In this document: piece after piece, positions 16,531 to 24,193 of the stretch | How the letters are laid out: every line of letters begins with the position of its first letter | How positions within the stretch are numbered: position 1 is the stretch's first letter | Assembly: GCF_001412615.1 (NCBI RefSeq) | Contig: NZ_CP013011.1 | Span: 960,001-992,000, forward strand | Origin: Pyrodictium delaneyi | GTDB lineage: Archaea > Thermoproteota > Thermoprotei_A > Sulfolobales > Pyrodictiaceae | DNA: 32,000 bases | Direction of reading: 5' to 3' | Made by a program: the position numbers and the translations under genes | Notes under the pieces: model-generated | Told to the model about the DNA's origin: nothing | The model's database searches: none | What the model saw: only the letters and a program-made list of their open reading frames with translations

Positions 16531-16956
16531 TTAGCCCCGGCTTAGGCTCCAGGGTTTCCCCTCGTAGACTATCTTATCGGGTAGCTTGTCCTGATATCTA
16601 CGTAGGAAGCGAAGATCCTCATCCCTCTTCCTCAGGTTATCGGGAAGCATGCGAGGTATCTCGTCTATTATCGGGTACCAGCGGCCGCAGTTAGGACAGT
16701 ATAGCACGCCCGTTACCACCTCTATTTTTAGGCAGTCAGCGCAGGGCGTTGCTGAGCCTACCTCCTCTATCTTCTTGCCAACCGGCGTCTGTAGACGGTA
16801 GCAGTATAGCTCGCAAAGCGGCGGCTTGTACCGCTCCAGCAGTTCTCGTATCTGTTGCTCGCGCTCCGGGTAACTCTTCTCCTCAACGACGTAGAGTTCT
16901 AGGGGAAAGTGCTTACACATAGGACACGCAGCCAGGTCCATAAACCGATACTTCAT
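16531..16956 (-). CDS. Trm112-like zinc-binding protein (enlarged, 141 aa)
   Basis: An N-terminal CPMC pairs with the C-terminal LYCPNCGRWYPIIDEIPRMLPD, which matches the Trm112/DUF343 signature. Extra Cys pairs CELYC and CADC lie in an insertion. The start overlaps the glmM stop (ATGA). Confidence 0.6.
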   Translation of the reverse strand: MKYRFMDLAACPMCKHFPLELYVVEEKSYPEREQQIRELLERYKPPLCELYCYRLQTPVGKKIEEVGSATPCADCLKIEVVTGVLYCPNCGRWYPIIDEIPRMLPDNLRKRDEDLRFLRRYQDKLPDKIVYEGKPWSLSRG

Positions 16957-18347
16957 AGCGCGGCCAGCCTCCTCGCCTTCTCGACGAGGTTATTTGCTAG
17001 CTCTTTAGCTCTATCTGGGCTTCTAGCTTCAACCATAATCCGCAGGACAGGCTCTGTGCCGCTTGGCCTTACTAAGAACCAGAAGTCGTCCGCCTCAACA
17101 CGTAACCCATCGACGGTTACTATTCTATAGCCGGGCTTCCCCTCGTATTCGTTGCGGAGAGCCTCTACCACTTTCAGAGCTTTCTCGCGCTGCATGGGCA
17201 CCTTGGTCTTTACTGCATAGTAGCGAGGTAGCTCGCTGAACAACTCGGAGGCCTTCACACCTTTCTTGGCAAGCATTTCGAGGAACAGAGCTAAAGTCAT
17301 CCCGCCATCACGGGCAAGGAGGTGAGGCGGATATATAAATCCTCCATTTTCCTCGAAGCCCGCTATGCCTCCCTCCTCTAGCAACCGATAGCTGAGGTTT
17401 ATCGAGCCGACTGGAGTCCACACCACTTCTATACCGCGCGGCTCTAGGTAGTCCGAGACCAGCCTGCTACTTGACACTGCTGTGTAGAGTCTCTTCGGTA
17501 CATCGGGGAGCTTCTCCTCAGCAATGTAGGCTGCCAGTAGTGTGCCAGTCCGGTCTCCCCACCACACCTCTCCCTTTTCATCCAATATTATGGCACGATC
17601 ACCATCACCGTCATGCCCTACCGCCATATCTAGCCCGAGCGTCCTGACAACAGCTGCTACTTCTGCGAGCGAGTCTGGGGTTGGCTCCGGCTCGCGGTAG
17701 GGGAAGGGGCCCGGGTTACACGCGAGGGTATACACCTTGACTCCGAGCTTCCGGAGTATCTCGGGGCTTGTAAGTGAGGAGACGTTGTTAGCACAGTCAA
17801 CGAGTACTCGGAAGCCCCGTCTCCTTATCAGATTCTTGTCTACTCTGTCCACTACAGCGTCTACGTATAAGTTTACCACACGGTGCTCGGTATTAGTCTC
17901 GTTTATCGCTCTACTCCACGGGATACGACGAAATCTTTCCTCAAAGTATATTTCCTCTATCTTCCTCTCCGTGTCACGGTCAATCTCTATCCCGAGTGGA
18001 CCTACGACTTTGATACCGTTGTACTGGGGCGGGTTATGGCTGGCCGTTATTATTACCCCCGCATCGTAACCCAACTCCTTAACCGCGTACTGCACAGCTG
18101 GTGTCGGTGCAAATCCCTGGCTACCCGCCACGTACACCCTAGCACCGGAGGAAAGGAGGCCTGCTACAACAGCGTGGAGTATCATGTCACCTCCTACACG
18201 CGCATCACGACCAACTAGGATGCGCGCACCCTCGCCATAGTAAGTAGCTATCGCCGCACCCAGCTTTAGAGCGAGCTCGGGGGTAAGCAGCTCGTTGACG
18301 ACACCTCTAACCCCATCTGTACCGAATAGTCTGCCCAGGGCTAGCAC
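16953..18347 (-). CDS. glmM: Phosphoglucosamine mutase / phosphohexomutase
   Basis: RLFGTDGVRG, the active-site loop ITASHNPPQYNGIK, GHDGDGDR and RPSGTEP are present. The start codon is GTG. Confidence 0.85.
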   Translation of the reverse strand: MLALGRLFGTDGVRGVVNELLTPELALKLGAAIATYYGEGARILVGRDARVGGDMILHAVVAGLLSSGARVYVAGSQGFAPTPAVQYAVKELGYDAGVIITASHNPPQYNGIKVVGPLGIEIDRDTERKIEEIYFEERFRRIPWSRAINETNTEHRVVNLYVDAVVDRVDKNLIRRRGFRVLVDCANNVSSLTSPEILRKLGVKVYTLACNPGPFPYREPEPTPDSLAEVAAVVRTLGLDMAVGHDGDGDRAIILDEKGEVWWGDRTGTLLAAYIAEEKLPDVPKRLYTAVSSSRLVSDYLEPRGIEVVWTPVGSINLSYRLLEEGGIAGFEENGGFIYPPHLLARDGGMTLALFLEMLAKKGVKASELFSELPRYYAVKTKVPMQREKALKVVEALRNEYEGKPGYRIVTVDGLRVEADDFWFLVRPSGTEPVLRIMVEARSPDRAKELANNLVEKARRLAAL

Positions 18348-18482
18348 CCCCGGGTTCTAAGAGCCTCCATACACCATTATACAAGGAAACCCCTTTTCTA
18401 AGAGGCGGTATCCCTTGGACACCACGGCGCCGCCTCGAGGCCGGCGCAGATCACCTACAATGGCGGCACGTGGTGCCACGGT

Positions 18483-19505
18483 ATGTGCATGGCTACAAGT
18501 CTCTACGGCTTCCAGCCACGGTGCGTGCTAGTCCTCTCAACCGGTGGCGGTGGCGATGTAGCTACGGCTGCTATGCTAGCAGAGGCCCTCCGCAGAGAGA
18601 GAGTTGGGACTGTCATCGCCGCCTCACTGTGGGAGAGGTTTGTACGTGATCCAGCGCCAGGGCCTATACCCCTCGAAGCTCTTAGCGGAGCCGAACCTAT
18701 AGCCAGCGGCGACGCAGCCCGGCTCTCTCCGGGCTGCTCAGCCCTAAGGGAGGGACGACTCCTCGAGCCTGCAGCGTGTAAAGTAGCCTCATTGCTTCCC
18801 ATACCAGTCTATGCGGTGAATACGTGGGGTGGAGAGCTGTCTATACGCAGAGCCGTAGAGGAGATAGCGGGTATCCACGGCTGTGATGCACTGCTAGACG
18901 TAGACGTTGGCGGCGACGTGCTAGCTGAGGGGCACGAAGAGGAGCTGTGGAGCCCCCTGGGTGACAGCCTCGGGTTAGCAGCTGCCGCTAACTCAGGCCT
19001 ACCCGCAGTCCTCGCTGTCCATAGCCTCGGGGCTGACGGGGAGTTGCCGGAAGAGAGGCTGCTAGAGAGAATAGCACAGATAGCAAGAAGCGGAGGTTAC
19101 CGCTGGATACGCGGGCTAGACGCCATTGATCTTGGTCTTCTCGAGGAACTCTTCCAGCACGTTGAGACCGAGGCCGGCAAAATAGCTCTCCTAGCCGCAC
19201 GGGGGCAATACGGCTCTACGGCTATACGGGGCGGGACACGCGTAGTGAGAATAACAGTATACCAGGCTGCCACAGTCTTCCTCAACGCCAGGGAGACTTA
19301 CGAGCACACACCACCCGCTAAGGCTGTAGCCGGGTCTTCTAGCCTCGAGGAGGCACGCCGGAGGCTCAACAGCATAGGTGTCTACACTGAGCTAGACCTT
19401 GAAGAGGATATACACCCGTACATAGTACTAGGTAGACTCACTCCGAAGAAACTCCTTGAGCTCAGGAACGTCGGTAGAAGACGGATCCAGGGAGCTTCTG
19501 ACTAA
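18483..19505 (+). CDS. Conserved archaeal hypothetical protein, DUF1152-like
   Basis: VLVLSTGGGGDVATAAMLA and DVDVGGDVLAEGHEEELWSPLGDSLGLAAA resemble the recalled DUF1152 pattern. No function is known. Confidence 0.45.
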   Translation: MCMATSLYGFQPRCVLVLSTGGGGDVATAAMLAEALRRERVGTVIAASLWERFVRDPAPGPIPLEALSGAEPIASGDAARLSPGCSALREGRLLEPAACKVASLLPIPVYAVNTWGGELSIRRAVEEIAGIHGCDALLDVDVGGDVLAEGHEEELWSPLGDSLGLAAAANSGLPAVLAVHSLGADGELPEERLLERIAQIARSGGYRWIRGLDAIDLGLLEELFQHVETEAGKIALLAARGQYGSTAIRGGTRVVRITVYQAATVFLNARETYEHTPPAKAVAGSSSLEEARRRLNSIGVYTELDLEEDIHPYIVLGRLTPKKLLELRNVGRRRIQGASD

Positions 19506-19557
19506 GTAAAAACTAGTGAACCACTCCTGTTGGGAAGCTGTTAGCCGTGTTCTAGGG

Positions 19558-19713
19558 TTACTTGTAGACGACAATTACGAGTCTGCCGCGCCACTCGCTC
19601 ATCTCTATCTTTACCTTGTCACCCTCGCGCCAGCGTAGGCTAGCCATTAACTCGTCCGGGAGCCTTATGAGGTAGCCCTTCTCGTCCCGATCTATCACAC
19701 CTTCGTAGACCAT
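19558..19713 (-). CDS. AbrB/SpoVT (MazE-like) swapped-hairpin domain protein, 51 aa; not in the ORF track
   Basis: My own translation gives MVYEGVIDRDEKGYLIRLPDELMASLRWREGDKVKIEMSEWRGRLVIVVYK. The ..IRLPDEL...L.W.EGDKVKIE pattern is AbrB-like. A strong SD (GGAGGTG) lies 8 nt upstream of the ATG. The gene starts 82 nt downstream of the hsp20 stop on the same strand. Confidence 0.55.
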   Translation of the reverse strand: MVYEGVIDRDEKGYLIRLPDELMASLRWREGDKVKIEMSEWRGRLVIVVYK

Positions 19714-19795
19714 GAAGGATAGCACCTCCACGCCTAGCAGCTCTAGCCTAAGGGCTTTAAGAAGATGTATGTAGGTAGAAATCCAGCTCCCCTTC

Positions 19796-20233
19796 CTAGC
19801 CCCTCTTCTTGGGGATTATTATCTCAACAATCTTGTTCGGGCGTATTCTCACGTGTATGTCACTAGGGTCTGCATCCGGCGGCAGCGGTATCTCGTGCCT
19901 GTATAGGCGGAATTTTACTTCACGCCCAAGAGGGGTTCCGTAAACGTCGCTGAATCTTATTTCACGCTCAAGCCTGGCCTCTATTACTAGACGGTCTTCT
20001 GTAGCCTTCACCTCGAGCGACGAAGTATCGGCAGCTGCTAAATCGACGAGTACGGTGTAACGGTCAGGATAATCGTATACCGTGTAGAGGGGCCGTAGGC
20101 TACCGTCAGGCGACCAGCCGTAGTGCATTGACTCTTCTAGCTCGTATAGCATTCTATCTACTTCCTCCATTATCTTGCGTCGTAGCCTCTCCCACTCGCG
20201 GCGCAGTTCCTCATAGAGGGTCAACATGTTCAC
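19796..20233 (-). CDS. hsp20: Small heat-shock protein, Hsp20/alpha-crystallin family
   Basis: The alpha-crystallin-like core reads DYPDRYTVLVDLAAADTSSLEVKATEDRLVIEARLE...HEIPLPPDADPSDIHVRIRPNKIVEIIIPKK. An alternative ATG at 20227 lies behind a GGGGTG element. Confidence 0.8.
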   Translation of the reverse strand: MNMLTLYEELRREWERLRRKIMEEVDRMLYELEESMHYGWSPDGSLRPLYTVYDYPDRYTVLVDLAAADTSSLEVKATEDRLVIEARLEREIRFSDVYGTPLGREVKFRLYRHEIPLPPDADPSDIHVRIRPNKIVEIIIPKKRG

Positions 20234-20257
20234 CCCACACGCCTACACATAGCCGCT

Positions 20258-21025
20258 TTAGGCGTACATTAGAGAGCTAGGTGTTCTCATCTCCGCCATG
20301 GCTTGCTTAGTCTGCTTCATTAGCCCTCGTAGCTTGATCCGTATCATCTCGGCTTGTTCTAACAGTTTCTTGACATCAACCTCTACTCCTACCAGCTTTG
20401 ACACGACTGACAACACTTCCGCAGCTGCTTCAGGGTCGGGGAACTCTATGTAGGCGTCAGCTAATAGTACTAGGTTGGATACACGGCTGCGTATAGCCTG
20501 CTTTAGTATCAACGCGTACGGCCCCACGAGGTATCCGTTTGTGAAGCTCTCTATACCGAGCCCCTCTACTAGTTTCCGCGTTTTCTCGTCGCTTGCTATC
20601 CAGTAAATCCCGGGTTTCTCAAGGTTTATCCTGTTGGGCGACGCAATGCCTACTATCGATACTATGTAGTCTATACCCCTCTTCATTGCGTAGTCTACGA
20701 GCATTTTTGCCAGAGGGTACACCGCTTGGGGAGGAACTGGTGTCTCAGCAGAGACTGCCATAACATTGTCGCTAAGGTATATCCTTATAGGCGGCCTCAC
20801 GACACCCTTAGAGATTACAGCCACAGGCGGCATCATAGAGAGTATGTCTATCCCCGCAACCTCTTTCATTCCGAGATTTTCTACAAGATGGCTCGAAGAT
20901 ATTACGCCGACAAGACCCGTGTCAGGTAAACCAAGCACCATAAAGCTCGGTTTTTTAAGCTCAAATTCCTCATACTCCATCAGCAAGAGTCCATCCAGTT
21001 CCTCCTCGTATATGGGCCTGACCAA
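20258..21025 (-). CDS. PAC2-family proteasome assembly chaperone (PbaA/PbaB-like)
   Basis: PSFMVLGLPDTGLVGVISSSHLVENLGMKEVAGI matches the PAC2 N-terminal pattern. The C-terminus ends ...SSLMYA, which fits an HbYX motif. The TTG start is preceded by GGGAGTGAT. Confidence 0.7.
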   Translation of the reverse strand: MVRPIYEEELDGLLLMEYEEFELKKPSFMVLGLPDTGLVGVISSSHLVENLGMKEVAGIDILSMMPPVAVISKGVVRPPIRIYLSDNVMAVSAETPVPPQAVYPLAKMLVDYAMKRGIDYIVSIVGIASPNRINLEKPGIYWIASDEKTRKLVEGLGIESFTNGYLVGPYALILKQAIRSRVSNLVLLADAYIEFPDPEAAAEVLSVVSKLVGVEVDVKKLLEQAEMIRIKLRGLMKQTKQAMAEMRTPSSLMYA

Positions 21026-21254
21026 GCCAGTATCACTCCCTTCACGCCTTATTCTTACTCAAACACGTGAGACGAGTGTAGGGATCCCTATACAGGCAAG
21101 AACTAAAGCCATGTATTTGTCTAGACCGGTTAACCGTAGTTATGCTTCACGCTAGGGCATAGCCATAGAACCACAAACTGTTCCCCTATCCCTATAGCTA
21201 CTTCATCCTATAGAATGTCTAACGTGATGCCATAGTGTAAGCTATTCCACTTCG

Positions 21255-21605
21255 CTAAATTGCCATCCGTGAAAGCTCCTCAAGGACCTCGCGCAGAGAC
21301 ACATAGGCATCCCTAGTAGCTCTCACCCGTACACCCGCCCTTAGCAACGTGAAAGCCGCCCCAGCTAGACGTGGCGCCACCACGTAGGCAGGGGCTCCGG
21401 ACGCCAGCGTTACTGCTGCAGCAGGTATACCGGCAAGAGCGGCTACTAAGCGTACTCTATCGCCGTTATTAACGTAGATACCTTCAATAGCCTCTTTGGT
21501 TGTATACGCTCCCTCAGCGAGATTCCTTATACTGTTTGCTAGCTCACGGTAGGCCCTCCCTCGCTCCTTAGCTATCCTAGCAGCTAGCTCTGCCTCGCTG
21601 TACAT
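21255..21605 (-). CDS. Hypothetical protein (about 116 aa)
   Basis: I prefer the internal ATG (MYSEAELAARIAKERG...) because GAGGTG lies 6 nt upstream. The track ORF starts at the GTG at 21635. An N-terminal helix is followed by an Ala/Gly-rich hydrophobic stretch. I recognise no family. Confidence 0.4.
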   Translation of the reverse strand: MYSEAELAARIAKERGRAYRELANSIRNLAEGAYTTKEAIEGIYVNNGDRVRLVAALAGIPAAAVTLASGAPAYVVAPRLAGAAFTLLRAGVRVRATRDAYVSLREVLEELSRMAI

Positions 21606-21773
21606 TGTATCCACCTCTTCACCTACCATATCCACTATATTCGTATGAGTCAGCCGGCTGCACTAAGCTGCCAGGGCTGATACTACTCGGGTATTACCCG
21701 GGCTGTCCGTGAAAGCCTCGCAGGCTGAACTTCTAGTAACCCGGCCCACGACACACACTTCACTACAATAGTC

Positions 21774-22196
21774 ATGGTACATATCGTCGTACTAATAAAT
21801 ATCATGGTTCTCAAACACGTTTTAGGGGCGCCCCTAGAGGAGCCGCCCAGAGCTGCCGGGGGTAGACAGGGAGAGTTGACGGAGATCGTCATAACCACAC
21901 AAGACGATGATGGAGCTGCATGGTATAGCAACGGAACTATATACATTAATGTACGTTGGCTCCAATTAGAGGATGAAGCCGAGTGGTTCATTGACGAAAG
22001 CTTTATCCATGAATATATAGAGCATGTTATAGGTCTTGGCCACGAGAACGCTGTATTCGTCGAAACGGTTCTCCGTGACTACCTGTACAGAGAATGGTAC
22101 GGCGTTAACCCTACTTTGATACTCTACGGGGAAGACAGAGAGACTAATAGGGCATCTTTACAGCCTGTGCGTGAGGTACTCCAGCTACACGTATAA
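21774..22196 (+). CDS. Hypothetical protein with a zincin-like H-E-x3-H-x2-G-x2-H motif
   Basis: IYINVRWLQLEDEAEWFIDESFIHEYIEHVIGLGHENAVF resembles small SprT/DUF45-type metallopeptidases, but the spacing is non-canonical. The opposite-strand ORF 21683-21991 is Ser/Cys-rich and looks like shadow sequence. Confidence 0.4.
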   Translation: MVHIVVLINIMVLKHVLGAPLEEPPRAAGGRQGELTEIVITTQDDDGAAWYSNGTIYINVRWLQLEDEAEWFIDESFIHEYIEHVIGLGHENAVFVETVLRDYLYREWYGVNPTLILYGEDRETNRASLQPVREVLQLHV

Positions 22197-22479
22197 CGGC
22201 CTCGGGATGAACAAGCCCCTCTCGGATGGCAGCATTCACTACGTTTTCCCCGACAAGGTTAAGCACCGTAGCTTCACGTGCCTTTGTCATAGCATAGCTT
22301 AGCGGCACTAATTCGCCACCATAGAATCTTTCGTTCACGTGGAGGACAAGCTTACCATCCACTAGCTTTACCCCTAGAAGGTCCCGGTCACACATAGCTA
22401 CTATTTTCTCTCCCTGAGCCTCAATGATATTTATGTATACTAGGGGTTCACTTTCAGACTCCATAGGACCCTCCTGCAC
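22144..22479 (-). CDS. DUF424-like archaeal protein
   Basis: VAMCDRDLLGVKL..GKLVLHVNERFYGGELV...ATVLNLVGENVVNAAIREGLVHPEAVIRVAGVPHAQAV matches the recalled DUF424 pattern. Confidence 0.55.
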   Translation of the reverse strand: MQEGPMESESEPLVYINIIEAQGEKIVAMCDRDLLGVKLVDGKLVLHVNERFYGGELVPLSYAMTKAREATVLNLVGENVVNAAIREGLVHPEAVIRVAGVPHAQAVKMPY

Positions 22480-22551
22480 CCCTAGGTGTGCGTCTTAGCT
22501 AGAGGAGGTTAATTAGCCGCCACGTCCGCAGTGTAGCGTGGGGACGGAGAA

Positions 22552-23001
22552 TTGAGCGAGGCTAGAGGAAGCGAGGCACTGAAGCTAATCTATGACTATG
22601 ACTATCTTCTGCAGCGTCTCTACTCGCGACTACCAGCTAGGACCGCTAAAGCTTCACGATTCGAATTACCAAAGCTCATGGTAGAGAGGATAGGAACGAA
22701 GACTATGATTCGCAACTTTAAACAACTGTCAAGCGTCATGAGGAGGGAACCACGGCTAGTAATGAGGTATCTATTGAAGGAGCTAGGTACCAGCGGCAAC
22801 TATGATGAGGAAAACGGTATACTGGTGATAAATGCCAAAGTATCGAGCACCACCTTAGGTAATCTCATACAAAGGTTCGTCAAGACCTACGTCATCTGCC
22901 CTACTTGCGGCGCACCCGACACAAAGCTCGAAAGAAGAGGAAAGGCGTGGATACTCATCTGCGAAGCGTGTGGCGCGGAGCAGCCAGTACCTCCACTCTA
23001 G
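22552..23001 (+). CDS. eif2b: Translation initiation factor aIF2 beta subunit
   Basis: YDYLLQRLYSRLP, RFELPKL and the C-terminal zinc ribbon CPTCGAPDTKL...CEACGA are present. The only available in-frame start is the TTG at 22552. Confidence 0.9.
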   Translation: MSEARGSEALKLIYDYDYLLQRLYSRLPARTAKASRFELPKLMVERIGTKTMIRNFKQLSSVMRREPRLVMRYLLKELGTSGNYDEENGILVINAKVSSTTLGNLIQRFVKTYVICPTCGAPDTKLERRGKAWILICEACGAEQPVPPL

Positions 23002-23092
23002 CCTTTCCTCCATTCTGAAGCATGTTAACTTTATTTTCGCCTAGCTTAATTCCCTCTCAGCGACATACGTAGATAGTCTGGGTAGGTTCTCT

Positions 23093-23983
23093 TTGCCGGG
23101 GAAACTCGTTTTACTAGGACAGTACCCCCCTACTGTTGTTCTAGACCCTAGGCAGAGCCTTCTCGAAGCCCTTCTAGCTCTGGACCAGAGGGGTGTACGT
23201 CACGCAGTCGTAGTGGATGATGAGGGGCGGCTCCAGGGGATCCTATCCATAAGACGTATACTATCGTTTATACACCGCCGGGCTGTAAGCGGCAATGTAT
23301 ACCAGGGACTACAGGAGACAACCGTAGCTGACGTAATGTGGCGCAACCCACCGCGCGTAGTTGTGGGCGAGTTTGGTATAGACGATGTAGTGTATATACT
23401 TTCCAAGCTTAATGTTGGCGCTATAACTGTTGTTGACAAGGATGAGAGGGTACTGGGCATAATCTCCGAGAAACACATAACCGGAATAATGGCTCTAGTG
23501 GATATACATGTCGCTGTACACGAGGTCATGACTAAGCCTGCTCGCAGCCTCCGCGAAGGGGCAAAGCTCCGAGACGCCATAGAGTTAATGGCAGTACACC
23601 GCTACCGCCACATACCCATAGTAGATGACCATGATCGTGTTGTGGCACTTCTCACAGCCCGCGACGTCCTAGACTATATAGCTCTCGAAAACACTCTCAG
23701 CAAACTCAAAGAGGGGCTTGATAGCGAAGTGCTTGACACAGTCGTCACTCAAGTTGCCACCGGAGCTCCGGCCACTATAGACCCGGAGGCAGACGTGGGC
23801 AGAGCTCTTCGCTTGATGCGTAAGAGAGGAATAAGCGGCTTACCAGTTGTCGGTAGAGAGAAGATACTCGAAGGCATAATAACGGAGAGGGATATAGTAG
23901 TGAAGATGCCAAAGCTGGTAGGCACAGAGATCTTCTATGATTATGCACGCTCACGCCTATACGTAGCAAGGGTAATATCCTGA
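23093..23983 (+). CDS. Protein with four CBS domains (two Bateman modules)
   Basis: There are four repeats of the CBS pattern, for example HAVVVDDEGRLQGILSIRRIL, AITVVDKDERVLGIISEKHI, HIPIVDDHDRVVALLTARDVL and GLPVVGREKILEGIITERDIV. The TTG start is uncertain. Confidence 0.8.
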   Translation: MPGKLVLLGQYPPTVVLDPRQSLLEALLALDQRGVRHAVVVDDEGRLQGILSIRRILSFIHRRAVSGNVYQGLQETTVADVMWRNPPRVVVGEFGIDDVVYILSKLNVGAITVVDKDERVLGIISEKHITGIMALVDIHVAVHEVMTKPARSLREGAKLRDAIELMAVHRYRHIPIVDDHDRVVALLTARDVLDYIALENTLSKLKEGLDSEVLDTVVTQVATGAPATIDPEADVGRALRLMRKRGISGLPVVGREKILEGIITERDIVVKMPKLVGTEIFYDYARSRLYVARVIS

Positions 23984-24193
23984 CTTATATCCTCGTGAAG
24001 GTATACAATAACTAAATAATGTACCGTACTAAAAACTTCACTCGGTAAAGTTTGTATCTAACCAAACTATTGTTAGAAACGTTACACCTTCATGTATATA
24101 ATACATAATGTAGTCACAAAGGATGCAGGCTAGAATCCTTAATCAACGCGGAGGTGCGGGAAAAGATCCACGTGGAGCTGGCCTCAGGCAAGG

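Noticed and set aside
21266-21716. Exact 11-mer TCCGTGAAAGC occurring twice (21266-21276 and 21706-21716)
   Set aside because: The flanking sequence is unrelated. One copy is inside a coding 3' end and the other is intergenic. There are only two copies, so this is most likely chance.
21683-21991. Minus-strand ORF of 102 aa opposite the zincin-like gene
   Set aside because: Its translation is Ser/Cys/Thr-rich and low in complexity. The plus-strand frame has a more protein-like composition and a metal-binding-type motif.
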